DNA of 64,000 nucleotides from an uncultured virus (IMG/VR IMGVR_UViG_3300021255_001403) (IMGVR_UViG_3300021255_001403), one strand, 5' to 3'. Counted from the first letter of the stretch, positions 9,592 to 19,567 are shown. Numbers and translations: made by a program. Notes: a model not told the origin generated them from the letters alone.

Positions 9592-9668
9592 GCTAACTCA
9601 CCACCGATCTTATTATTAGCTAAAGGCTGTTTGTTATATATATATATATTACTCAAACTTTCCATCAT
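9588..9668 (-). CDS. Leader peptide MMESLSNIYIYNKQPLANNKIGGELA containing (TA)7; stop overlaps the start of the lectin gene (ATGA)
   Basis: SD GAAAGGA; late-type promoter GACA-N6-TA at 9709-9698. Confidence 0.5.
   Translation of the reverse strand: MMESLSNIYIYNKQPLANNKIGGELA
9635..9648. repeat. (TA)7 microsatellite
   Basis: Direct reading. Confidence 0.95.
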
Positions 9669-9723
9669 ATTAATCATCCTTTCAAAAATGATACACTTAT
9701 CAATTTGTCAAAATACCTCATAA

Positions 9724-9735
9724 TTATATACTATA
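9724..9735 (+). promoter_or_regulatory. Early-type phage promoter TTATATACTATA
   Basis: Motif recurs at least 13 times in intergenic regions upstream of non-structural genes. Confidence 0.65.
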
Positions 9736-9784
9736 TTTTTGAAGACACTTTAATACTACATAAATTGAAGGAGAGAGTGATATA

Positions 9785-10441
9785 ATGGGGACTATGCAAG
9801 ATGACGAGGTTAAAAGATCTATATGTAAAGAGATGGTTAAAGTTAACAATCTTCCACAATTGAAATTTCATCCAACAATCGTAGCAGTTGTATCTTTGTC
9901 TAAAGATGTAGATACTGATGAATATATGGATGATCTACATAGGATATTTGATAAAGACTATCATATTGATAAATACAATTATACCTTTTATTTTGAGATG
10001 ATTATAGATAAAATATCTGGTAATAAAATACTTTGTTTATTTGCTAAGAATCTTGATGATGATAATGATTATAAAGAAGTTACTAGATATACTGTAATGG
10101 CTGAAGCACCACAAATGATTATGAGGAATTATACTAATATAGATTCCAAAGTGAATAAATTCTTTAAAGCTATAGGAAAGATTTGTGTTACATTATTAAT
10201 TTCAGATAAAAATTATATTCTAGTGAAATCTGAGGTAACAGGATATTTACCTATAAAAAATATGAATAAATTAATGGATATTATTTTATCTCATTGTGAT
10301 TTAAAGTATTCTGTTAAATTTGATAAGTTTTCTAAAAAAGAGAAAAAGTCTTATTTCGATATAATCTTATACAAAGAAAAAGATGAAGAGGTAAAGTCTT
10401 TTATTAATACTGGTAGATCAACTGATCTTCATTTAGTATAA
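9785..10441 (+). CDS. Hypothetical protein
   Basis: SD AAGGAGAG. Confidence 0.7.
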   Translation: MGTMQDDEVKRSICKEMVKVNNLPQLKFHPTIVAVVSLSKDVDTDEYMDDLHRIFDKDYHIDKYNYTFYFEMIIDKISGNKILCLFAKNLDDDNDYKEVTRYTVMAEAPQMIMRNYTNIDSKVNKFFKAIGKICVTLLISDKNYILVKSEVTGYLPIKNMNKLMDIILSHCDLKYSVKFDKFSKKEKKSYFDIILYKEKDEEVKSFINTGRSTDLHLV

Positions 10442-10459
10442 CCATAAGGAGGAATTATA

Positions 10460-10657
10460 ATGGATGATAAAGCACTTGCAGATTATCAATATAATGAGGT
10501 GATGAAATATAAAGCTATAGCAGAAAAATCAAATCTTACTAAATTACCTATGCTTAGTCTTAGAGATGATGTAAAAGACAGACTTAAAGCAGAAGGGTAT
10601 AAAGTTATAAAGACTGGTAAGTTTTATACTTTAGATTGGAGTGATATGAAGAAATGA
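10460..10657 (+). CDS. Small hypothetical protein (distant SAEEA-family C-terminus LKAEGYKV...LDW)
   Basis: SD AGGAGG. Confidence 0.7.
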   Translation: MDDKALADYQYNEVMKYKAIAEKSNLTKLPMLSLRDDVKDRLKAEGYKVIKTGKFYTLDWSDMKK

Positions 10658-10878
10658 TTATTGAACCTACTACAAGTAAAGAAAAATTAGATAAACTTAC
10701 AAAAGAGGAGTTGATAGAAAAAGTAATAAAACTGGAAGAAACAAATCAGAATCTTCGTAATTATCTAGTACAATCTAAGTACCAATTCTATAGTTTAACA
10801 GGAGATATCAAACGTGTACTTAACAATTATGGAGCTAATAATGTAACTTTTGTAACTACAAATACTGCTGGTAAGTAA
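10654..10878 (+). CDS. Small coiled-coil hypothetical protein
   Basis: ATGA overlap; followed by hairpin 10888-10914. Confidence 0.65.
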   Translation: MIIEPTTSKEKLDKLTKEELIEKVIKLEETNQNLRNYLVQSKYQFYSLTGDIKRVLNNYGANNVTFVTTNTAGK

Positions 10879-10974
10879 AACTACAATAGTAGTAGGCTAT
10901 AATGCCTACTACTTAATTTTTGTTTATTCCAAAACAAAATCGTAATACAATATAGAAAGGGGTTTAAAATTATA

Positions 10975-13900
10975 ATGTCGAAATACTATAGAATTACATA
11001 TGATAATATTGGAATATATGAAGCCTTAAAACGTAAAGTAGATTTTGTAGAATGGAGGAATATACTAAATCAATCTACTTGGTTACCTAAACCACCAATG
11101 TATGATGATACTTGTATATCCTATTTTACTGAGAGTGGTTATAAGAAGTTTAATACCAATACAATGCCTATCGTAATTAAATACTTAGATAAAGATAAAA
11201 TCAATATAAAAGAAGTTACAGAATTAATCGGAGATATATTATATCGAGATAAATACCAAGTTGTAGTAAGACAAGTAATAACAAATAAGACAAACGCAAT
11301 TAAAGAGGAGATGGATATATCATCAATAGAAATATTGGATGAATCTTCAAAATCTAAGAATTACAAAAAGAGATATAAGAACCTAGATGATTTCTGTAAA
11401 GATTTTGATACTACAGAAGAAGCCATGGCTTATTATAAGTTTCATAACGTTAAGTGGCCAGAAGGAAAGACAAACGATAGACCTTTTAGTTGGCCTGATG
11501 ATATATTGAAAACGTTTGAAGGTAATTGCTGGGATCATGCCATATTTTTCTACTATTTCTGTAAAAAGAAAAATATTCCAGCCAATATTTATCGTATAGC
11601 CGTATTCGCAGAACCAGCTACAGATAATGATGGTCTTAGATGGTGGTGCATGGGTCATATAGTCAATGTATGTAAATCAGATACCGGATGGTATGTGTGC
11701 GACTATGGAGAAGGACCAGACACTGGGTTATTTGGTCCATTTAGATCAGAGAAAGAAACCATGGAAACATACAAAAAAATATTCTTATCCAGAATCAAAA
11801 TGAATATAAAACAAAAATATTCTACTGGATTCTTTTCTCATGTAACTGATGCATATTATTGTACTAGTGCAGAACAATATAAGGTTTATGATAAGTATTA
11901 TGGAAGACACGATATCTATCAGAGTGATGAAATTTTCTTAAATACTCTAAAATTACCATACGATAATAAAGTTACCAAATATACTTTTATAGATTCAATG
12001 AAGAATACTATAAAGAAAAATTTTGGATTATTGTATGATAAATTAGGTTCTTTATTCGAAGAGAGTAATATAGGAAATGGTGATAATATGATAGTGAATG
12101 AGTCGAGGCTATCTAATAGTATAAATTTATCTAAAGATGATTTTGATGAAAATATGCATTTCATAAAAACTCATGCTAAAACTCCTAAAGATCTTAATAC
12201 TATACTTAATAAATTCGATTATGGATACTTCACTAAAAATGGTACTTATTATGATGAAAACCATGTTGGAGACTTTAGTGATTATACCACAATGGATCCA
12301 CATGACGTTATAAAATTTGCTGTTGGAGTATGTTGGGATTTTACAGAAACCGAAGCATATTTATTTGATAAACTCTTTAATTATAAGATAACTAATAAAG
12401 CACTTAAGAATGGAACCTATTCTCTTTATTATATGGAGCATGATGATTCCAAAGGAATATCTCCTACTCACACTTGGTTAGCTTATATGGAAAATGATAA
12501 GGTATATCTATTCGAATCATCTTGGTTTAAGTATCAAGGTATACATGAATTCAATTCTGAAATGGAAATAATGGAGTTCTACGATAAAGCTCAAAGAGAG
12601 AATGAAGTTAAGAGAGGTAATAAATTACGTGGAGGTATAGTCATTAAGTATCTTCCTGTAAGAAAATATGGATTGAAACCATTAGAGTTTATGACACATA
12701 TTTACAAATGTAATACCTCTAGACTAATGAAAGTATCTCCTGAGTTTCCTATACATTGTAATATTCAACCTATAAAAGAGGATACTGATATGATATTCAA
12801 TGAAGAGTTAGAAAAGGGAAATAATGTGATATTCTCAGAAGATGATATATACTGCAATATGGATAAATGGGATAATCATGAATCCCACGTATTATTCATT
12901 CTGGGATTATCTGCTTCTGGTAAATCTACCTTATCTAGAAAATTAGCTGAAAAATATAAATGTAATCTTATAGAATTAGATGTGATAGCATTTGCGATTA
13001 CTGGTGAAAAAGCACATGATAAGGGAAGACAAACTTGGGAATATATTAAAAAAGCTGACCACATGCTATATAAATTTATGAAAGAAAAAGGATTAGAACC
13101 TGACTTTTTGAGGCATGTGCCATGTAGTAGTCATCAACTACCTGTATTAGATAAGAAAGATGAAAGAGAAAAACAAAAATGGATAGATAAATATATCCAT
13201 TGGGTTTGTTTCGAGCAAAAAGAGAGGTGCGTTTTAGAAGGAGGTCATGCTTGTGTAACTATAGCAAATCATAAAGAATATAGAGAGTTCCCTATTATAT
13301 TCAAGGGTTCATCTTTATTAAAATCTATGATAAGACGAGTTAAAAGAACTTGGATAGATGATAATGAACCTATGGGGCCTATTGAATTAGCCAAATATTT
13401 AGTTATCCTATATAAGCAATATGGTAAAATGTTTCCAGAAGTGAATGCTGCTAGAAATGCTGTAATAACAAAAGATAATTTTAAGATAATAAAAGAATAT
13501 AGAGATCTTGAGGATATTGATATGATCGTTAATGAATCTACTTTTATATCTGATAAAGATTTAGTATGGAATTTTGATAAATGGAAAAGAGGAGATATAA
13601 ATCTCCTGTTTATCTGTGGTTATTCTGGTGGTGGTAAGTCTACTTTATCTAGGATACTAGCTAAGAAATATAACTGTCCTCTTAGTGAAATGGATATGGA
13701 AAATCAAGAAATTAAAAAGACTTATCATAATGAATTATCTCAATATGGTCCTGGTGGTACATTTGGCGATCCTAAGAAGATGGGGTTTATAATTAATAAA
13801 TACATCGAAAGATATGGTAATAAAGAAAGACGTATAATAGAAGGAGTACAATTAGCTTCAGTAGATTTTAGTTTTATAAAAGATTATGCAGTTATATTCA

Positions 13901-15753
13901 AAGGAACCTCGGCTGTAACAGCATCTATGAGAGCTTGGAAAAGAGCATTTACTGATGATGAGAATGCTGAAAGATGGGCAGAAGATAAATCTACTTTAGG
14001 AAAATTAAAATATAAACTTCAACAAGGTCCTAATAGATTGAAGACTAATATCAATAAAGTAGGACCATTTATGGAAAAGTTCTATGCTGATATGAAGAAA
14101 GCTGGAGCTAAAGAAATGGAGTATGAGGATATCGTAAATCCTAATACAGAAGATTTTCATATTCCTCTTCTTATTAGTGGAGATGATGTATACGTTAATT
14201 TTGATAAATGGAAAGAAGGAAAGTGTAATACTCTTTTCATTCTTGGATTATCAGGTTCTGGTAAATCTACTCTTGGTAAGAAATTAGCTAAAGCTAGAAA
14301 AGCGTTCTATGTAGAAACTGATAAGATAAGAGGAAACTCTCATTACTCTGATGAAGAGATGAGAAAAGATCATCCTCTTATTTTAAGATGGTTTGAATCT
14401 CAGTATGATAAAGATAGGAGAGGGTTTAATAGTCTAGATAAGTCTATTCGTAAAAAAGAATGGGATAGATGTGTAGAATGGATGATTAATCAAAAAGAAC
14501 CTAAAGTAATAGAAGGTGCTATAGAAGAGTTCTTATTAGAGCATCCAGAATACTCTGAATATCCTATAGTGTTTAAGAATACCAGTATGCTTAAATCTAT
14601 AGTAAGAATGACTCGTAGACAATTATTCGAAGTCGATAAAAATAAGGTAGATGATTATAATACTCAATTCTTAAAATGGTGGTTAAAACATATTCAAAAG
14701 TATAATGATATGAGAAAGAGGAATAACAACGTGAGAGATACTATTATCGGTAAGAAAGAGAATAGTTATGAAGTAATGAAAGAGTCTAGAACTCTTAAAG
14801 ATGATGATGTGTATTTCATAAAATGCAAATGGGAAGATGGAGATAAATCTGGTTATACTGTAAATGCTTGTAAAAATATTAATGGAGAAGTTTATAGAGT
14901 ACGTACTGAGATGCTGGTAATTAAAGATGGTAAAGTATTATGCGTTAAAGATTACCATGATAATCTTGGTTTAGGATATAAACTTCCTGGAGGTTCTGTA
15001 GAAAAAGGTGTATCTTATGCAGAGCAAGCAGCAGAAGAAGTTAAAGAAGAAGCTCGTATTATTATAAATCCCAAATCTATTCTAGATACTGGTATTACTT
15101 ATATTCGTAAGTATACTAAACAACCTAGATGGGTATCGCATTTAACTCCTCCTATTCCTTATGTAGGTGGTATATCTTATGTATACGTGGGAGAGTATAA
15201 ATCAGATTTTAATGGAGATATACCAGATGTGCATAGAGATGATGGATTTTATAAACGTGCTAGATTCTATGATATTGATGAGATTAATTGGATACCAGAG
15301 CATAAGAAAGCATTAGATATGTATCTTGAAAAGAATATGCAAAAACAAGATCAATCTAAAGATACCTATGAAAATGCTCTTAAGATATTTAACTCTCTTA
15401 CTCCTCAAGAGCAGTATTGGATGGATGATAGATATGTAGATTCTCCTCATACATTCTATCGTAAAGTGCACTTTATTGGTAGAAAACCTGTTGGGTTTGT
15501 AGATACCTATAGATTCCATCCTAATGATCCTGGTGTGATTATAGTATTAGCAGTTAATAAATCTTATAGAGGTAAAGGTATTGCTAGTGATTTAGTAAAA
15601 TCTGCTACTCTTTATTGTAAATCTAAAGGTATTAAGAAGATTATATGGAGAGCCCATAAAGATAACTATGCTTCTATACAGTTAGCTAAGAAACTAGGAT
15701 ATACTAAGACTAATGAAAACGAGAAAAGTTATAGATTTGAAAAAACTCTATAG
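10975..15753 (+). CDS. Polyvalent protein: N-terminal unknown domain, 2 transglutaminase/papain-like domains, 3 P-loop kinase-like domains, NUDIX hydrolase, GNAT acetyltransferase
   Basis: GNCWDHA..GH..D and GVCWDF..THTW..E triads; Walker A GLSASGKST, GYSGGGKST, GLSGSGKST; Nudix box PGGSVEKGVSYAEQAAEEVKEEA; GNAT LAVNKSYRGKGIA..NYASIQLAKKLGY; late-type promoter AACA-N6-TA at 10933. Confidence 0.85.
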   Translation: MSKYYRITYDNIGIYEALKRKVDFVEWRNILNQSTWLPKPPMYDDTCISYFTESGYKKFNTNTMPIVIKYLDKDKINIKEVTELIGDILYRDKYQVVVRQVITNKTNAIKEEMDISSIEILDESSKSKNYKKRYKNLDDFCKDFDTTEEAMAYYKFHNVKWPEGKTNDRPFSWPDDILKTFEGNCWDHAIFFYYFCKKKNIPANIYRIAVFAEPATDNDGLRWWCMGHIVNVCKSDTGWYVCDYGEGPDTGLFGPFRSEKETMETYKKIFLSRIKMNIKQKYSTGFFSHVTDAYYCTSAEQYKVYDKYYGRHDIYQSDEIFLNTLKLPYDNKVTKYTFIDSMKNTIKKNFGLLYDKLGSLFEESNIGNGDNMIVNESRLSNSINLSKDDFDENMHFIKTHAKTPKDLNTILNKFDYGYFTKNGTYYDENHVGDFSDYTTMDPHDVIKFAVGVCWDFTETEAYLFDKLFNYKITNKALKNGTYSLYYMEHDDSKGISPTHTWLAYMENDKVYLFESSWFKYQGIHEFNSEMEIMEFYDKAQRENEVKRGNKLRGGIVIKYLPVRKYGLKPLEFMTHIYKCNTSRLMKVSPEFPIHCNIQPIKEDTDMIFNEELEKGNNVIFSEDDIYCNMDKWDNHESHVLFILGLSASGKSTLSRKLAEKYKCNLIELDVIAFAITGEKAHDKGRQTWEYIKKADHMLYKFMKEKGLEPDFLRHVPCSSHQLPVLDKKDEREKQKWIDKYIHWVCFEQKERCVLEGGHACVTIANHKEYREFPIIFKGSSLLKSMIRRVKRTWIDDNEPMGPIELAKYLVILYKQYGKMFPEVNAARNAVITKDNFKIIKEYRDLEDIDMIVNESTFISDKDLVWNFDKWKRGDINLLFICGYSGGGKSTLSRILAKKYNCPLSEMDMENQEIKKTYHNELSQYGPGGTFGDPKKMGFIINKYIERYGNKERRIIEGVQLASVDFSFIKDYAVIFKGTSAVTASMRAWKRAFTDDENAERWAEDKSTLGKLKYKLQQGPNRLKTNINKVGPFMEKFYADMKKAGAKEMEYEDIVNPNTEDFHIPLLISGDDVYVNFDKWKEGKCNTLFILGLSGSGKSTLGKKLAKARKAFYVETDKIRGNSHYSDEEMRKDHPLILRWFESQYDKDRRGFNSLDKSIRKKEWDRCVEWMINQKEPKVIEGAIEEFLLEHPEYSEYPIVFKNTSMLKSIVRMTRRQLFEVDKNKVDDYNTQFLKWWLKHIQKYNDMRKRNNNVRDTIIGKKENSYEVMKESRTLKDDDVYFIKCKWEDGDKSGYTVNACKNINGEVYRVRTEMLVIKDGKVLCVKDYHDNLGLGYKLPGGSVEKGVSYAEQAAEEVKEEARIIINPKSILDTGITYIRKYTKQPRWVSHLTPPIPYVGGISYVYVGEYKSDFNGDIPDVHRDDGFYKRARFYDIDEINWIPEHKKALDMYLEKNMQKQDQSKDTYENALKIFNSLTPQEQYWMDDRYVDSPHTFYRKVHFIGRKPVGFVDTYRFHPNDPGVIIVLAVNKSYRGKGIASDLVKSATLYCKSKGIKKIIWRAHKDNYASIQLAKKLGYTKTNENEKSYRFEKTL

Positions 15754-15768
15754 AAAGGATAATATATC

Positions 15769-16338
15769 ATGATAAAGATTTATAAAATCGACACTCTTAC
15801 AAATATCGTATCTATTGATGTGAATAAGTACACTTATAGAGATATAGCTATGGTAGCTTATATCTGCTGGAAGTTAGATAGTAAAATCTGTTTAGCTCAG
15901 AATAAAGATCTCATGGTTAAAGGCTATACTAATATCTTAGTTAATAACGATAGAGATATAAAAGCTATCAATTGTGCTTATATGATATTAGAGAATCCTC
16001 ATAATAAGTACTCTGTACAAGATGTATACCATATCTTATCATATAAACACTTTGAATTCTTATATGAAGCTATAAAGTTAGCTATCAATATTAAGAAAGA
16101 AACTTATACTATAAACTCGTATCCTACTATAATAGAATTGATACAATTCGCTATAGGGTTTATCAAAGATAATTATGGTAGGGATTATAATGAGTATCTT
16201 TATAGATATTCTTCTTTCATACGAGAGATAAACCATAAAGCTGTAAGAGGTAAAGATCCTAATACTATTGATAGTGATATATTCAATTTTGATGATACTG
16301 CTTTTAGGTATGATCTGATTGAAAAGGGGAGAGAATGA
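15769..16338 (+). CDS. Hypothetical protein
   Basis: SD GAAAGGA. Confidence 0.7.
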   Translation: MIKIYKIDTLTNIVSIDVNKYTYRDIAMVAYICWKLDSKICLAQNKDLMVKGYTNILVNNDRDIKAINCAYMILENPHNKYSVQDVYHILSYKHFEFLYEAIKLAINIKKETYTINSYPTIIELIQFAIGFIKDNYGRDYNEYLYRYSSFIREINHKAVRGKDPNTIDSDIFNFDDTAFRYDLIEKGRE

Positions 16339-16339
16339 T

Positions 16340-16726
16340 ATGAAAAAGTTTTTGATTGGTATTCTTATAGCACTAACACTAGTCTTCTTAGGTCATAATA
16401 TATCAGAAGCTTTAACACATTATCACTACTATCTTTGGTCTGATACGCATTATGCATTCTGGTTAGATGCTAATAGTATAAAAACTAGCGATAGTAGATC
16501 TTGGGCTGCTTTTAATATTATATTGGAAGATATGAGTACAGGAGAACAGGTGTATGATGTAAACCCAATCCTATTCTACAAAAAAGATGGAGAATGGTAT
16601 GTATCCTTCTATAGAGATTGCATGGAACCAAAACCACTCAAAGACTATAGTGATTGGTGGCAACCATGGGCATTAGATTGGTTAATCACCAAAGGATATA
16701 TAAGAGATAAGGTGAATGAGTTATGA
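16340..16726 (+). CDS. Secreted or membrane-anchored protein
   Basis: Signal-peptide-like MKKFLIGILIALTLVFLGHNISEA; SD GGGGAGAG. Confidence 0.7.
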   Translation: MKKFLIGILIALTLVFLGHNISEALTHYHYYLWSDTHYAFWLDANSIKTSDSRSWAAFNIILEDMSTGEQVYDVNPILFYKKDGEWYVSFYRDCMEPKPLKDYSDWWQPWALDWLITKGYIRDKVNEL

Positions 16727-17001
16727 TAGTAATATTCAAGAAGCGTAAAACTATCTATGATGCTAATAGTATAGAGTTAGCAGAAAGAGAGAATAGTAAA
16801 TGTATAATAATAAGATATGGTTATGGCGATAAAGCTACAATCATATCAAAATCTGACCTAAATAAAATCAAAGGACTTAGATACTTTGAGACTAAAGAAA
16901 GAAGATTCAAAATAGACTCTAGTATCACTGTAGATGAGTTCTATGAATTCATTCAAGAATATACTATAGCGAATGGGAAACTAATACTTCCATTTATGTA
17001 A
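16723..17001 (+). CDS. Hypothetical protein
   Basis: ATGA overlap, GGTGA upstream. Confidence 0.65.
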   Translation: MIVIFKKRKTIYDANSIELAERENSKCIIIRYGYGDKATIISKSDLNKIKGLRYFETKERRFKIDSSITVDEFYEFIQEYTIANGKLILPFM

Positions 17002-17066
17002 TCAATGTTTACCAGAGAGCTGCATAATAGCAGCTCTCTATTTTATATTCAAAAGGAGAGGTTATT

Positions 17067-17438
17067 ATGTATACTAAAGAAAATCGAATGGTAGATTACA
17101 TGGAAGGAAATGAGATATTCGAAAACAATAAGAAGTTTCTAGATATCTGCGTTACTAGAGCTATACAGTATGTCTCTAGTAACTATCTTAGATCACCTTA
17201 CAATAAGATCGTAGCCGTAAAGATGTCTGATATCTTATGTGATCTTATAGATAAACAGACTGAAGAAGAAAGCAGAAAGTATGAAGATATCCATAGGCTA
17301 TTAGAAGCTAGATGTGATTCTGGTATATCCTTAAGATACTTCACCTATAAGCTAACGGAAAAGTTATACTCGTATGGTTACTGTGTTGCTACGGTAAACT
17401 ATGGTAAAGGTTATGCAGAATTTGTAATTGAGGAGTGA
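17067..17438 (+). CDS. Hypothetical protein
   Basis: SD AAGGAGAGG. Confidence 0.7.
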   Translation: MYTKENRMVDYMEGNEIFENNKKFLDICVTRAIQYVSSNYLRSPYNKIVAVKMSDILCDLIDKQTEEESRKYEDIHRLLEARCDSGISLRYFTYKLTEKLYSYGYCVATVNYGKGYAEFVIEE

Positions 17439-17456
17439 TAGAGTCTATAATTTCGA

Positions 17457-17475
17457 TTATATACTATATCTGTGA
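17457..17475 (+). promoter_or_regulatory. Early-type promoter TTATATACTATA-N3-GTGA driving a ncRNA
   Basis: Matches recurrent motif. Confidence 0.65.
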
Positions 17476-17662
17476 ATAACAAACAGAACCTATGTCGGAT
17501 GGTGGATTACCCCGCAATGTAGGCTGTGCTGAAAGGCTGTTTGTTTGAATAAGCACGTAAGTATGAAAGTGAAGCTGGGGACTCCACCCTAAACCAGCAA
17601 CTGCTTGGTGGGTGCACACACTAAGCAAAAAAGAATGGGACTGATCACCTCATTCTTTTTTT
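17476..17662 (+). ncRNA. Structured, probably pseudoknotted ncRNA of unknown class
   Basis: GC-rich island with no SD-led ORF; several stems, GNRA loops, GGTGGA/TCCACC loop-loop complementarity; own promoter and terminator (17627-17662). Confidence 0.65.
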
Positions 17663-17715
17663 GTTTATTGGGATAACAATTTGGTAATATCTTATATTAT
17701 AGAGGAGGAAATAAA

Positions 17716-18384
17716 ATGTCTTATTTGTCTGCCAATTCGCTAGCATCATATAATGAATCGTCAATGACATTAAATGAGGATACCAAAACAGTATTACACA
17801 ATCTTTGGACCAGATTCTTTTTTGGTAATCCACATGCATTGAATGCTAAATCTTGGTCTTGGTTTGTAAATTTATTCGCATCATTACCAGTTAAACTTAT
17901 GAATCCTTATTGGCTTTTGCAGTTCTTTGCTTCTATAGCAGGATTTACTGATAAGATAGACGTTGAGTATTTCAACTCGATGTATCACTTCGATGAGTCA
18001 TTGAGAAACAAAATACTTTCTTGGTGTAAAAAGAATGATGGATTTAAAATAGATAGCGACTCTAAAAGATATCTTACTGGTTTCTTAGGAGACTTTTCTG
18101 TAGATGATAATACGGTAGGTACTACTAATGTAAGACTTGCTACTAGAGGTATTGGTAAAGGTGTATTAACTACATCTACTGCTTGTATTCCTATTATAGA
18201 TAAAGATGGTTTCTATTGCGTATATCCTACTTTCAATAGTAATAAGATTTTAGATTTGAAAGTATTATGCGTTAATTATGAAAATGAGAATACTAAGAAT
18301 AAATTGATAAAGCCTTTCTTCTTTGTAAAGACTTTGAAAGAGTTCGATTCAGTAAGTGAGAAATCTTATAAAAATATAATCTAA
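17716..18384 (+). CDS. Probable virion/head protein (N-terminal YNES, LNED Glu motifs)
   Basis: Late-type promoter at 17675; SD GAGGAGG. Confidence 0.65.
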   Translation: MSYLSANSLASYNESSMTLNEDTKTVLHNLWTRFFFGNPHALNAKSWSWFVNLFASLPVKLMNPYWLLQFFASIAGFTDKIDVEYFNSMYHFDESLRNKILSWCKKNDGFKIDSDSKRYLTGFLGDFSVDDNTVGTTNVRLATRGIGKGVLTTSTACIPIIDKDGFYCVYPTFNSNKILDLKVLCVNYENENTKNKLIKPFFFVKTLKEFDSVSEKSYKNII

Positions 18385-18484
18385 TCATCTAGAGAGGTTA
18401 ATACCTCTCTAGATATATACTCCTTCAACATTTGAATAAGTGGTATTGGACTCACTAAATCATGCTTATAGGAGGTGAATAAGT

Positions 18485-19207
18485 ATGAGAGAGTATACCC
18501 CAGTGGTATTACCACAAGCAAAAGAAAAGATTGTTTTAGGTTCTATACCACCATTTGAAATACCGGATTGGGATTTATCCAATCCAAAAACTCTTGCGAA
18601 ATTTTTTTTCAATATAGAAAGAATATGTAGAAACTCTAGATCTTATAAGAGAATGATAAATTTTCTTAAAGAGTATGTAGATATGGCACATTGCTCTTTC
18701 TATAAGAATACTAATGGTATGGATATGAATGATGTACAAATTCATATTCATCATGAACCATTTACACTCTTCGATATCGTTAGTATTATATATGCTAAAC
18801 GTGTAGCAAATCATGAAATTATTACTGAGAATCAGATAGCTAAAGAAGTAATGTGGAATCATTATAGAATGGCTGTAGGATTAATTCCTTTATCTGAATC
18901 AGTTCATGATATCGTACACTCAGGATTTTTATTTATACCAACTACTAATGTATTTGGTTATTATAGAAAATTTTTTGAGGATTATGAACCTTATATAGAT
19001 CCAAGAATGAAAGCTGTATTAGCTAATAATGAGAAAGCTTCTTTAGCTTATGATTATGCTAAAGAGACTAAAGTCTTACATGTTAGCTCAGTTTATATAG
19101 ATCCATCTGGAAGTTATGACTTCCCACAAACTAAGGATATTATCGAGCTACTTAAACGAAAGATTAAAGAGTTCGATAGTGAAATAGAAAATAAACAAAT
19201 ATTATGA
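18485..19207 (+). CDS. Jumbo-phage protein with HNH-like metal-binding motifs
   Basis: C..HIHHEP...LIPLSESVHDIVH; late-type promoter at 18427; SD GGAGGTGA. Confidence 0.55.
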   Translation: MREYTPVVLPQAKEKIVLGSIPPFEIPDWDLSNPKTLAKFFFNIERICRNSRSYKRMINFLKEYVDMAHCSFYKNTNGMDMNDVQIHIHHEPFTLFDIVSIIYAKRVANHEIITENQIAKEVMWNHYRMAVGLIPLSESVHDIVHSGFLFIPTTNVFGYYRKFFEDYEPYIDPRMKAVLANNEKASLAYDYAKETKVLHVSSVYIDPSGSYDFPQTKDIIELLKRKIKEFDSEIENKQIL

Positions 19208-19217
19208 GGTGATTTTA

Positions 19218-19541
19218 ATGTATACAGATTACGATTTAGGTGAACCACTTGATGAAGGTGCGTTCGCTACTCTAAAAGAAAAGATGAGTAAAGGATATAA
19301 TAAAGCTAAACAGTTTGTGCATAAGCATAATGGTAAGATTGGTGCAGGGTTAGCTGGTTTAGGTGCATTACATGCTACTCAAGGTAATCTTGTTTCTGCT
19401 GGTATTTATGGTGGTTTGGGTTATAAACTGCTTAAAGCCCATGGTCGTAAGGTAGATCGCCAGAAATGGGATAATATGAGTCACGCTGATAAAGAATATG
19501 CTAGATATCAGGCTCTTAAGAAAATTGCAGATAAAGATTAA
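19218..19541 (+). CDS. Leader (YTDYDLGEPLDE) plus cationic glycine-zipper peptide
   Basis: Leader shared with 27876..28193; GAGLAGLGAL, AGIYGGLG. Confidence 0.7.
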   Translation: MYTDYDLGEPLDEGAFATLKEKMSKGYNKAKQFVHKHNGKIGAGLAGLGALHATQGNLVSAGIYGGLGYKLLKAHGRKVDRQKWDNMSHADKEYARYQALKKIADKD

Positions 19542-19567
19542 TATATTTCCAATGAGGTGAAGCAATT

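Noticed and set aside
17476..17626. tRNA, tmRNA, hammerhead ribozyme or short ORF MSDGGLPRNVGCAERLFV
   Set aside because: No cloverleaf or TTCGA arm, no CTGATGA core, and no SD for the ORF
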